From: a virus
Taxonomy: Duplodnaviria > Caudoviricetes
Direction: 5' to 3' (one strand)
IMG/VR virus record: IMGVR_UViG_3300024279_000013
Coordinates: 1 to 25,574 of that record
Length of the DNA: 25,574 nucleotides
In this document: positions 7,772 to 15,934 of the stretch, piece after piece
Layout of the letters: each line of letters starts with the position of its first letter
Numbering within the stretch: the stretch's first letter is position 1
The notes under the pieces: generated by a model
Told to the model about the DNA's origin: nothing
Databases searched by the model: none
What the model saw: only the letters and a program-made list of their open reading frames with translations
Position numbers and translations under genes: made by a program

Positions 7772-7806
7772 ATGTATAGGGATCATTTGACCCCTATACA
7801 TATTTT
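7772..7806. terminator. Probable bidirectional intrinsic terminator
   Basis: ATGTATAGGG (7772-7781) / CCCTATACAT (7792-7801) inverted repeat with A/T-rich flanks, between the convergent array and the 7809 gene. Confidence 0.65.
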
Positions 7807-7808
7807 AA

Positions 7809-8765
7809 TTATAAGACTGCATATGAAATTAAAACTGTGCCATTAAGCGCTGTTGCAGCTGTATCATTGTAAATTGTCAATGTTGCTGTACCTGCTCCTG
7901 GTATTACCTCAAGTGTAATATCTTTAGTCGTATTTGTTCCGCCAGCCAGTGTCAGTAAAACTGAGGATGTGGCTGTCATTACTGTATTGGTCCAGGTAAT
8001 TGCATATGCTGCTCCACCCGCGGTAGTTAGCGCAGATGTAGTAATTAACCCGGCCACACCGCTTGCAGTAACAGCATTCGCCGCCTCCGTCCCGTTTACT
8101 TTTGGAAGAATGATACTTCCCACACCTGTAAGTGTATTTGCAGCAATTTTTGATACAATATTTGTACCGACAATCCCGCTATCCTGTATGGTTCCTGCTG
8201 CATCTGCTGCTGTCACAACATGACCCGCCGTAAAACCTGACCCGGCTGTAGATGCAACGGTTGACAGTGCATTATCAGATGCTGCCTTTGCAGCTGCTGT
8301 ACCAAGAACACCACCATCACCAATAGTGCCATTTGCACTTGTAAATTTTGCAACATGATTTATTGTAGGTGCAGCATCAAGCATCACAACCTTTGTCTTT
8401 GCTGCATTGGTTGGTGAAAATCCTGAGTCCTTGATCTGTCCGGTTGTGCCATTGAAATTTGCAAAATCACCGCTTACCACGGGCAATAACACATCGCCTG
8501 AACTGACAAGCTGGGTCAGGGTTATAATCCCGTTGGTAATTGACACTGTAAAAAATCCGAATGTCCCGCTACTGGTCTGCAAATTATATAAATAGGTAAC
8601 TCCAAGAATATCTGAAGCTGCAAGGGGATATACTGCAAGATCAATATTGTTCATATAACCGGCAGCGGATACTGTGGCAAGATTATCCGTTGTCACCATG
8701 TACTTGATTGCACCAAGTACGCCTACCTGTCCAGGCAATACTGCTGGAGCCTGCAAAATTCCCAT
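7809..8765 (-). CDS. Ala/Thr/Gly-rich virion fibre or decoration-like protein
   Basis: 318 aa with internal repeats (GDFANFNGTTGQIKDSG / NHVAKFTSANGTIGDGG / GHVVTAADAAGTIQDSG) typical of trimeric phage fibres; strong AAGGAGG RBS. Confidence 0.6.
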   Translation of the reverse strand: MGILQAPAVLPGQVGVLGAIKYMVTTDNLATVSAAGYMNNIDLAVYPLAASDILGVTYLYNLQTSSGTFGFFTVSITNGIITLTQLVSSGDVLLPVVSGDFANFNGTTGQIKDSGFSPTNAAKTKVVMLDAAPTINHVAKFTSANGTIGDGGVLGTAAAKAASDNALSTVASTAGSGFTAGHVVTAADAAGTIQDSGIVGTNIVSKIAANTLTGVGSIILPKVNGTEAANAVTASGVAGLITTSALTTAGGAAYAITWTNTVMTATSSVLLTLAGGTNTTKDITLEVIPGAGTATLTIYNDTAATALNGTVLISYAVL

Positions 8766-8767
8766 GG

Positions 8768-8935
8768 TTACGCCCTCCTTGGTGTTATTGCATTATCGGG
8801 ACGTCTCCAGGCTTCCTTTCCATCCTTTCCATTGTGCATGCGACCGCCCTGACCTTCCTTGAGGTCGCCTTTTCTCATTTTTACGCGGCCTATTCCTTCC
8901 TGATGGTTATCCTTGACCTTCCTGTTGTCTATCAT
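8768..8935 (-). CDS. Small basic hypothetical protein (55 aa)
   Basis: Manual translation MIDNRKVKDNHQEGIGRVKMRKGDLKEGQGGRMHNGKDGKEAWRRPDNAITPRRA; GAGAGGG RBS; fills the gap to the next gene. Confidence 0.55.
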   Translation of the reverse strand: MIDNRKVKDNHQEGIGRVKMRKGDLKEGQGGRMHNGKDGKEAWRRPDNAITPRRA

Positions 8936-9143
8936 TGTCCCTCTCCTTGGGTATTCGTCCTAGTGTTGCGTTCCATTGTGCCCGAATCTCGGGATTTTTA
9001 AAAGTCCAGCACTCACCTGTATCATCCATAAAAACGACCCATTGAAGATGCATTTCGCATGAATAATCAACTACAAAATGCGCAATTCCAGTACCGTTTT
9101 TCGTCCAGACTGGAATCGGTGGATCAAGCTGTAACATTGTCAT
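8907..9143 (-). CDS. Phage hypothetical protein
   Basis: MLQLDPPIPVWT..G.G.AHFVVDY...HLQWVVFMDDTGECWTF.NPEIR pattern; abuts the upstream gene. Confidence 0.65.
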   Translation of the reverse strand: MTMLQLDPPIPVWTKNGTGIAHFVVDYSCEMHLQWVVFMDDTGECWTFKNPEIRAQWNATLGRIPKERDNDRQQEGQG

Positions 9144-9362
9144 TTATGATCCCAGTACAGTAACAAGCCATGCCTGTAATCTTGCTGCATCCTGTCTTGA
9201 CATGAATCCGCCTGGACTTGGCTGTACTTCAAGCTTGCCATCCAGAACCGCCACAAAAGTTGATCCATCAAATGAAGTTAAATTCAAATTCATTTTGTCA
9301 GGCGACTGGTTTCCCTGCATGGCAATCGAAAATGCCGCATTACTGAAATCAGGCGTTGTCAT
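9144..9362 (-). CDS. Hypothetical protein
   Basis: 72 aa ORF, ATGA overlap with the upstream gene. Confidence 0.6.
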   Translation of the reverse strand: MTTPDFSNAAFSIAMQGNQSPDKMNLNLTSFDGSTFVAVLDGKLEVQPSPGGFMSRQDAARLQAWLVTVLGS

Positions 9363-9577
9363 TTGATATTCTTCGGCTCGTTCGTAGCCTTCCTTTTGAA
9401 TGATTTTGGCTGAATCTTGTTTGCCAGGGGGCGCAATGTCTGCTTTCTTCGTGTCCGGTTTGTATCCTTTGCAACAGGGGTAACTGATTTGCCAACACTT
9501 TTAAATGCCTTTTCACGTCCCTGTATATACTGGCGTTTTAACGGGTCTTTTACTTTTTCCATTAAATGATGCTCCAT
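9359..9577 (-). CDS. Small basic hypothetical protein
   Basis: 72 aa K/R-rich ORF, TAATG-coupled to the upstream gene. Confidence 0.55.
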   Translation of the reverse strand: MEHHLMEKVKDPLKRQYIQGREKAFKSVGKSVTPVAKDTNRTRRKQTLRPLANKIQPKSFKRKATNEPKNIK

Positions 9578-9756
9578 TATTTATGATGCATTTTCCTTAA
9601 TGTCCGGGCCAGCCTTGCACGACGTCCCAGTTTTCCTCCAGCTTTCGCTGCCTTTGCAAGCCTTTTTGCAGGAATTTTCTTGCCCTGTTTTATTCCAAGT
9701 TCCTTGTGCAATGCACCTGGATGTTTTATGGCACCCTTGATCCATTGGTTCGCCAT
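9577..9756 (-). CDS. Small basic phage protein (59 aa)
   Basis: Manual translation MANQWIKGAIKHPGALHKELGIKQGKKIPAKRLAKAAKAGGKLGRRARLARTLRKMHHK; AGGAGAG RBS; TAATG overlaps at both ends; a pattern I recognise from phage morphogenesis regions. Confidence 0.7.
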   Translation of the reverse strand: MANQWIKGAIKHPGALHKELGIKQGKKIPAKRLAKAAKAGGKLGRRARLARTLRKMHHK

Positions 9757-9887
9757 TATTTATCTCTCCTGAATGGAAATTGTGCGTCAGCCTGAAACCA
9801 GTATTCCACTGTTTTGCACCACCATCGCTTGTATGAATACCATGATATGTGATGACGCTTGCACTTTGGTTTGTCAATAAATCTCAT
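9756..9887 (-). CDS. Small hypothetical protein (43 aa)
   Basis: MRFIDKPKCKRHHISWYSYKRWWCKTVEYWFQADAQFPFRRDK; start/stop overlaps at both ends. Confidence 0.45.
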   Translation of the reverse strand: MRFIDKPKCKRHHISWYSYKRWWCKTVEYWFQADAQFPFRRDK

Positions 9888-10003
9888 TTCATGTTCCTTT
9901 TGAATTTTTTGTTTTCCCGTTCAAGTTTCCTGTAGATGGTATCTTCCTTTTTTTCATGGCGCTTAACTTTTTCCTTTAGTCTTTTTGTATCGCACTTTTT
10001 CAT
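9884..10003 (-). CDS. Small basic hypothetical protein (39 aa)
   Basis: MKKCDTKRLKEKVKRHEKKEDTIYRKLERENKKFKRNMK; ATGA overlaps at both ends; GAGG RBS. Confidence 0.5.
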   Translation of the reverse strand: MKKCDTKRLKEKVKRHEKKEDTIYRKLERENKKFKRNMK

Positions 10004-10149
10004 TTTCGTTTCCTCTTCTTGCCACCTCTCGCCTGTGAATATGCAATCGCTACCGCCTGCCTTTGAGGTTTTCCTGCATGAATTTCCCGTCTTATATTCT
10101 CCGAGAAACCTTTTCTGGTTTTTGCCTTTTTACCTTTGACAAGCGGCAT
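10000..10149 (-). CDS. Small basic phage protein (49 aa, GKPQxQAVAIA motif)
   Basis: MPLVKGKKAKTRKGFSENIRREIHAGKPQRQAVAIAYSQARGGKKRKRK; GGAG RBS; recognisable small phage family. Confidence 0.7.
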   Translation of the reverse strand: MPLVKGKKAKTRKGFSENIRREIHAGKPQRQAVAIAYSQARGGKKRKRK

Positions 10150-10163
10150 GATTGAATCTCCAG

Positions 10164-11057
10164 TTAATCAGCCTTCAGCAAGATAATTTTTACATATGCA
10201 CTGTTTGTCTGTGCATTTGTTCCTGTTGTAGGCGCAGTAAGGTTGATCAGTGCATTTGAAGTATTTGCAAGTTCAAGCACATCACCTACCTTGCAATGTA
10301 CAAACACATCGGCAACCACTTCATTTGACTTCTGTTCAGGAGAAAGTGTCATGTTTGCAAACGTGGAACCCGGAACAATTACGCCGTTCAGAAACAGGCT
10401 TAATGTCCATACTGGCAATGGAGATGCAATGGGATTCAATGCACCGCACATGCCGGTGTAAACGTCATACCAGCCAGCCTTGTTGATGACAATCTTTCCG
10501 TTAACCGCTGCACTGCTTACATCAATATTGGGTGTTGCAAAAATGGTATGTTCAAGCTTGACAATGCCACCAGCAAGATTTGGCCCGGGGGACAATACAA
10601 GATCCTGCGCCAGTGTTGAGAATACTTCGGCAAACTCCGGCTCCCCACAACTGCAAGGACATGCCACACAGTCGCCTTTTGCGCCCTGGTCGCCTTTCAG
10701 TCCCTGCGGCCCCATCGGCCCCATCGGCCCTTCAGCGCCATCAAGACCATTCTTTCCATCGATGCCCTGTATTCCCTGTATTCCTGCATCGCCCTTGTCA
10801 CCCTTGTCGCCCTTGTCACCTTTTGGGCCAGCAACACCCGGTACACCCTGGGATCCTGGGGTGCCTGGATCGCCCTTGATGCCGGGATCACCCTTGTCGC
10901 CTTTCAATCCCTGCAATCCCTGTTTTCCGGCAGGGCCATCATTGCCCATCGGCCCTCTCGGGCCCTGGCTGCCTTGCGGGCCTTGCACGCCTGGAATTCC
11001 CTGCGGGCCTTGCGGGCCTGCACAGCATACACATTCATTGTTTTGATCAGTTGCCAT
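10164..11057 (-). CDS. Collagen-like protein with BclA/C1q-like C-terminal domain
   Basis: Uninterrupted Gly-X-Y tract (about 10665-11020) bracketed by CVCC and CVACPCSC, followed by a beta-sandwich-like domain. Likely start ATG 11057 after AAGGAGAG; alternative start 11144. Confidence 0.8.
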   Translation of the reverse strand: MATDQNNECVCCAGPQGPQGIPGVQGPQGSQGPRGPMGNDGPAGKQGLQGLKGDKGDPGIKGDPGTPGSQGVPGVAGPKGDKGDKGDKGDAGIQGIQGIDGKNGLDGAEGPMGPMGPQGLKGDQGAKGDCVACPCSCGEPEFAEVFSTLAQDLVLSPGPNLAGGIVKLEHTIFATPNIDVSSAAVNGKIVINKAGWYDVYTGMCGALNPIASPLPVWTLSLFLNGVIVPGSTFANMTLSPEQKSNEVVADVFVHCKVGDVLELANTSNALINLTAPTTGTNAQTNSAYVKIILLKAD

Positions 11058-11140
11058 GTCATCTCTCCTTGATTTAAATATCCGTTTAATTTTTTCCGTT
11101 ATTTCATGCATTAGCTGACTTGTCCTGTCATGCCATTGCT

Positions 11141-11332
11141 TCATGCATCCTGCCGGTTTCGACGATAAAATTTATCGTAATAACCACGCATTTCGTGCTG
11201 ACCTGCACCATACATGATATCGCGATGGGCATTTTCAAGCCCCCGCTGATCGAGTTTGTAGGTTTTCATTATTTCAGAAGGTTTTGCATCCCTGAAATCA
11301 TTATAGGTCGGTTTCCCTGTTCCATTTCTCAT
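11141..11332 (-). CDS. Hypothetical protein
   Basis: 63 aa from ATG 11332 ([13 protein letters not shown]) after a GAAGGA RBS. Confidence 0.55.
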   Translation of the reverse strand: MRNGTGKPTYNDFRDAKPSEIMKTYKLDQRGLENAHRDIMYGAGQHEMRGYYDKFYRRNRQDA

Positions 11333-11564
11333 ACAGTTCCTTCCATGGTTTTGCCGGTAACAGTGTCCATGCAATCACATTTAATCCGTGAGCCTCATCC
11401 AGTGGCTCGCAATTCCATGCACCCAGATATTTTCGTCCATTGTAACTGCCGATAACAAGAAATTCATCATTAATGATATTTTTCTCATCAATTCTTGCAA
11501 CATAAAGAAGAACATCAAGATAAACAGGTGGTCTTGTTTCAGTACACAAAATCCATTCTGTCAT
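11301..11564 (-). CDS. DUF551-like small phage protein
   Basis: MTEWILCTETRPP...VIAWTLLP pattern; ATGA overlap with the portal stop. Confidence 0.6.
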   Translation of the reverse strand: MTEWILCTETRPPVYLDVLLYVARIDEKNIINDEFLVIGSYNGRKYLGAWNCEPLDEAHGLNVIAWTLLPAKPWKELYEKWNRETDL

Positions 11565-13669
11565 GGACGTGATTCCTTGTGTTTTCCAAGTGCCTTCGTC
11601 ATGTCGTGTCTCAGCCTTGCATGATCATGTGAATGCTGGTGATGCATGTCATGTTTTTTAAGTGCAAGGTCAACACTCTTTGCAAACCGTTCAGTCTGGG
11701 CCTTCACCAGCTGGACAGCATTCTGGTCATGAGATATCTGCACATCTGCCAGTACCTTTCGTTCATCGGCTGCAAGTTTTGCCATGTCGATCTGGAACTG
11801 TGCCTGATCCTTTTGAGCCTGATGCTGTATCTTCTGCATTTCAATCTGGTTTTTCATGACAGCAGGATTGTTCTGCATTTCCTGTTGCTGCGCCTGCATT
11901 GCCATCTGTTTCTGCTGCTGCATTTCCTTCAGCCATCCATCAACCATTGTCTTTAGCTGCTCGACGCCCTTTCCTTCCATGTTGTCAAGCACAAAGTCCA
12001 GTCCCTTTTCTGCAATGAATTGTGCGAACAGTGGCGACATGCCCATCATTTCTTTTACCATCAGTATTGTTCGTGACTTCTGTACCTGGAAGCTTGCACC
12101 AGCACGTACAATCACATTGAGCGCATTGGTATCAAAGTCCATGTCCATGCCCTGCTGCTGGTTGATCATGACATAACCCTTTCGTCCCCGTTCATCTACA
12201 ATTGGAAGGGTTCTGGGAGTGGTAAAATATTTCGGCAGCAGATCAACATAAATCTGGGCGGCACGCTGATAGCCTTGCAGGTAACCTACTATGTATGGCA
12301 TTGCAGCTGCGTTGCTTTGCGTTGCCGCCTCAACCAGTGCAACACCGGATAACTGATTGTTATTAATACCAAGGCTTGCATCATATGAGCCAAGGATATT
12401 TTGAATAAGAGAATCTGATCCGGTAAACGCCTGCAATGTTTCAGGTGGTGCAGGTATTTTCATTATCTCGCGGATGGGTTCAGGTATGGGCTTGTCTGGA
12501 TCCATCTCGTAGAATGCATTGACAATGACGTTGTTGGGCTTTTGTATGTCCTTCAGTGCCTGCAATAATTCTTCTTCCTTGGGCAATGCTTCCTTCTTGA
12601 TAATAAACTTGTGCTGAACAATGTTTTCAATCTCATTGGCAAGCGCAATGCCCGCATAATTTTTTAATCTCTGTGCACCCTTGGCGTGATAGACATACGG
12701 TCGCGTAAACTGTCTTATATTTCCGTTCTTCGGCGTCTTGATCATCACACTGTTGCCATCAACAAATATCAGTGGCAAGTGGGTAAAGTCTGTGACTTCA
12801 TGTTCAAGCATCTGGTTTTCTATGCAGCGATATCTTTCTATTTTTTCAATGATCGTTGTCCTTGGTTTCCCGACAATTGCCGGAGGCGGTTCAAAGCCGT
12901 CCCAGTTCTCAAGCATTTTATTGTACTGATCCATCGTCATGACACGCTTGTCGCGCAGCATGACAATCCTTGTTTCCTTTTTCTTTTTCTCGTAATAATC
13001 AGCAACAATCAGGAATTTTGAATTGTCATTGAGATAAGACCAGTTAAAACCTGCAAAGTCACGACGGAAACTGAGATTTGACAGTGACACCTCTGGATAT
13101 TCGGTTTTAAACTCATCCTCTGATTTCGGAAACAGTTCAAAGCAGAATGCGCCATCTCCCTTGTGTGAATATTTTGCAAGCTGGTCGAACCCGCACAGGG
13201 TAGGCTCAGCACGTTCAATATTGATGACCTGGTGAAATGACATGGGATTCGCGTAATCCGTGGTTACTTTTAGAGTACTAAATCCGCCTGACAGCAGATC
13301 CTTGTAGACCTCATATTTTGTATGATGATTTTTTGCATCAGTCAGCACATGGCGCAGGTGCTGTTCAACCATTTTTATGACCATTGGATCAATATTGTTC
13401 TGGTCATCTGCGCTCACCTCAATATCCGGTTCCTGCTTGCTGAATTCCCCAAGCAGGCGGGATATGTATGCTTCCAGCACATTAAATTCGAGCTGCGGCT
13501 TTGATATGGTTGTAAGCAGTGTAAGTTCTTCAGCCTTTAGCGACGACTCAAACACAAACCGCCTGAACTCAGTATAACGGTCATAGTTTGGCTTGAAGTA
13601 ATCATGGGATTTCTTTATTGCTGTTTTTATGCGATCTAGCTGATCGACATGTCTTTTTGCCACATCCAT
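11561..13669 (-). CDS. Portal protein, P22 gp1-like
   Basis: 702 aa downstream of terL; KPQLEFNVL, HLPLIFVDG, AQRLKNY, SGVAL motifs and Gln-rich C-terminal coiled coil (barrel). Confidence 0.9.
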   Translation of the reverse strand: MDVAKRHVDQLDRIKTAIKKSHDYFKPNYDRYTEFRRFVFESSLKAEELTLLTTISKPQLEFNVLEAYISRLLGEFSKQEPDIEVSADDQNNIDPMVIKMVEQHLRHVLTDAKNHHTKYEVYKDLLSGGFSTLKVTTDYANPMSFHQVINIERAEPTLCGFDQLAKYSHKGDGAFCFELFPKSEDEFKTEYPEVSLSNLSFRRDFAGFNWSYLNDNSKFLIVADYYEKKKKETRIVMLRDKRVMTMDQYNKMLENWDGFEPPPAIVGKPRTTIIEKIERYRCIENQMLEHEVTDFTHLPLIFVDGNSVMIKTPKNGNIRQFTRPYVYHAKGAQRLKNYAGIALANEIENIVQHKFIIKKEALPKEEELLQALKDIQKPNNVIVNAFYEMDPDKPIPEPIREIMKIPAPPETLQAFTGSDSLIQNILGSYDASLGINNNQLSGVALVEAATQSNAAAMPYIVGYLQGYQRAAQIYVDLLPKYFTTPRTLPIVDERGRKGYVMINQQQGMDMDFDTNALNVIVRAGASFQVQKSRTILMVKEMMGMSPLFAQFIAEKGLDFVLDNMEGKGVEQLKTMVDGWLKEMQQQKQMAMQAQQQEMQNNPAVMKNQIEMQKIQHQAQKDQAQFQIDMAKLAADERKVLADVQISHDQNAVQLVKAQTERFAKSVDLALKKHDMHHQHSHDHARLRHDMTKALGKHKESRP

Positions 13670-13702
13670 GTGACTATCCTTGTCAACGATGAATCAGACT
13701 AC

Positions 13703-13711
13703 ATTATATCA
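13703..13711 (-). promoter_or_regulatory. Extended -10 promoter upstream of portal
   Basis: TG-A-TATAAT on the minus strand about 35 nt upstream of the portal ATG; no clear -35. Confidence 0.4.
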
Positions 13712-13714
13712 TTT

Positions 13715-13877
13715 TGGCAATTGGCCGGAATTGCACCGGCTGCTATTCTGGTGCTCAATTCTTGATAAGTGACATTCCTATCAATAGACGCCATAAATGT
13801 CAATTTGGCGAAATGCTGTCTACAGAAATACCCCCTTGCATATTAGAGCGGATGTCGCTGTCCATCCCGCAATTGCC
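13715..13877 (-). ncRNA. tRNA-like structured ncRNA candidate (163 nt)
   Basis: Ends pair as GGCAATTG/CAATTGCC-A, adjacent to a T-arm-like GCCGG-TGCAATT-CCGGC. Also a GGATG/CATCC hairpin, a GCTC/GAGC stem and two inner hairpins with complementary loops. No ORF fills this gap. Confidence 0.6.
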
Positions 13878-13878
13878 A

Positions 13879-15426
13879 TTAATTCCCATATGCTGATCTT
13901 CTTAACCTGTCAATCCTTGTATTGTGTCCTGCCAGACTCTTTACAATTGAATCATAATCCTTTGATGGTACTTCCGCATTAATCAGTATCTTGTCAATGA
14001 GCGCCATCTTGATCGCATCGTATAAAGTATCGGCAATATCATCAAACCTGTGTACATTATTGGCAGTAATCTTCCCCATGTGTTTGATGCACATTGCTGT
14101 ATGTTTTCCATTCTCCGGCAGTGATATCTGGCCCTGCGCCACATACTGCTGCATCTCAATAAAACGGTTTGTCTTGCTGTTGATTGTGCCTGATCGTTCA
14201 ATGTCAATCACGCGCAATCCCTGAAACTTTTTAAGCACTGATATCAGCGTGACACCAGTTGACTTTTTTTCTATGGCAGCAAATTTAGGTTTAATATGAT
14301 ACCGCATACAACCAGCCCAAAAATCACGGAAAGCATCCTCGAGATCCTTTGGTTCGATTCGAAGCTCGGCACAGTCGATCCAATGTAGACCGTACAAACC
14401 ATCAATAGGATCACTTCCAAAACTGATATTATATAAACCCCAAAAGCTAAAGACTGTTGCGTCATTATATTCCTTCTCCGTTTCTGCTGTATCACACGTG
14501 ACAAATGTGGATATTATCTTTGGCGCATGATCCAGTATTTTAAACCAGTCTTCCTTGAATAATCCTCCCCCTGCTGGCATGGGATCTTGTTGATACTGTG
14601 ATGCATAGACATAAGGCTGTTTTTCCTTCATCAGCAATAGCTGTGACTTTGGGTTTACCTCGGGATATCTTGCATTTCCTGCGTCATCTATTGCCTTGAT
14701 AATCGCTGTATTCCATACCTGGCCATCTGCGCCACCAAGGATATATGCTGGCAGGTCGTCTTCATGTAAACGTTGCCCAACCATTATAACCGGAACATTG
14801 GGCGCACGAAGGCGTCTTTCAATCGTTTCAAAATAATTTCGCTTAACACGATCACGGATAGTGTCAGAGTGAATGTCTTCTGGCTTGTGAATATCGTCAA
14901 TGACCACAGCGCCGGTAAAGCGGTCAAGGCCAGGTAAACCAGCGTCATGCCCAGTAATGCCCCCCTGACTGCCGAATGCAGCAACTGTACCGCCGCTTGT
15001 AGTCTGAAAAAAGTCCTTGGCCGAAGAGTCTCGTCTGATTTCAACACCAAATAGCTCCCGATAAATTGGCATCATCATCGTCTGCTTGATTGATGCTGTG
15101 TGCATTGTAGCTAATTCAAAAGAGTGTGATATATAAAGAAACTTGCAATCAGGATAATTTGCCATTGACCATGCAATGAATGACTTGCACATCTCTGATT
15201 TTCCCCATCCCGGAGGACATCCAATATAGAATCTTGTTCCCTTTCCATGAAATACGTTTGTAAGCTCCCTTGCAAATGTAATGTAGTGCGATTCATTTCC
15301 ATCAGGCTGCGATATCATGAACTCGCGACCAGTACGCTTCTCAAACATTACACGATGGAACCACAGGAAATCATCCAGCAGATTAATAGCGAGTAACTTG
15401 TTTTCTTCTATTTCCTGGGTCTGCAT
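13879..15426 (-). CDS. terL: Terminase large subunit
   Basis: Walker A-like PPGWGKS, Walker B VVIDD, GQRLHEDD, YQQDP, RNase H-like TCDTA and FDDIADT motifs. Confidence 0.95.
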   Translation of the reverse strand: MQTQEIEENKLLAINLLDDFLWFHRVMFEKRTGREFMISQPDGNESHYITFARELTNVFHGKGTRFYIGCPPGWGKSEMCKSFIAWSMANYPDCKFLYISHSFELATMHTASIKQTMMMPIYRELFGVEIRRDSSAKDFFQTTSGGTVAAFGSQGGITGHDAGLPGLDRFTGAVVIDDIHKPEDIHSDTIRDRVKRNYFETIERRLRAPNVPVIMVGQRLHEDDLPAYILGGADGQVWNTAIIKAIDDAGNARYPEVNPKSQLLLMKEKQPYVYASQYQQDPMPAGGGLFKEDWFKILDHAPKIISTFVTCDTAETEKEYNDATVFSFWGLYNISFGSDPIDGLYGLHWIDCAELRIEPKDLEDAFRDFWAGCMRYHIKPKFAAIEKKSTGVTLISVLKKFQGLRVIDIERSGTINSKTNRFIEMQQYVAQGQISLPENGKHTAMCIKHMGKITANNVHRFDDIADTLYDAIKMALIDKILINAEVPSKDYDSIVKSLAGHNTRIDRLRRSAYGN

Positions 15427-15584
15427 TTTTCATTACCAATTTTTGCCAGTGAATTACATCCATTGCAAGTTGCAACAAGACCAAGTGGTGATAATAATGC
15501 ATCATAAAAAATATAATCATGTGATTTACAATATGGACATGTAAATAAATACCGAACATTATAGTCTATTTTTTCGGTCTGCAT
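15408..15584 (-). CDS. Small zinc-finger protein (58 aa)
   Basis: Manual translation MQTEKIDYNVRYLFTCPYCKSHDYIFYDALLSPLGLVATCNGCNSLAKLVMKKCRPRK; CxxC...CxxC; overlaps both terS and terL. Confidence 0.65.
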   Translation of the reverse strand: MQTEKIDYNVRYLFTCPYCKSHDYIFYDALLSPLGLVATCNGCNSLAKIGNEKCRPRK

Positions 15585-15934
15585 TTTTCAGCAATCTTTC
15601 TTGTTGTCTCAAGGTCTTCCCGTTTTGAACGTTCATCAACATGGCGTATCTGTGTTTTCTCCATGTATCCGCCTTTTGTCTTCAGATAAAATATTATTGA
15701 TGGTACGCTGCCTGATTCTGCTTTCTTTATAAGTAAATTTGCATAATGTGCTATGCCTTTGGCTTTTCCTCTTTTATACGCGTCACTTAAGGCACTGTTT
15801 TGTTTTCTTTTTTCCCAGAAAGTTTTTCTGTGAATACCCAACGCATCCGCTATTTGCACAGGTCTTAATCCAAGTGATGCGTACGATTCAACTTGCTGAA
15901 TGCGTTCTGGTGTTACTTCCCATTCAACTGCCAT
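15566..15934 (-). CDS. terS: Terminase small subunit (N-terminal HTH type)
   Basis: HTH (QIADALGIHRKTF) and G...SIIFYLKTKGGY motif; upstream of terL. Confidence 0.75.
   Translation of the reverse strand: MAVEWEVTPERIQQVESYASLGLRPVQIADALGIHRKTFWEKRKQNSALSDAYKRGKAKGIAHYANLLIKKAESGSVPSIIFYLKTKGGYMEKTQIRHVDERSKREDLETTRKIAEKCRPKK

Noticed and set aside
9581-9877. 98-aa ORF in the track
   Set aside because: Two coupled ORFs in other frames (9577-9756, 9756-9887) fit better by overlap pattern and recognisable sequence.
10480-11046. 188-aa Pro-rich plus-strand ORF
   Set aside because: Antisense mirror of the collagen Gly-X-Y codons.
13715-13877. Functional canonical tRNA or tmRNA
   Set aside because: No 7-nt anticodon loop, non-canonical T loop (TGCAATT), and too short for tmRNA with no tag ORF; kept only as a tRNA-like ncRNA.
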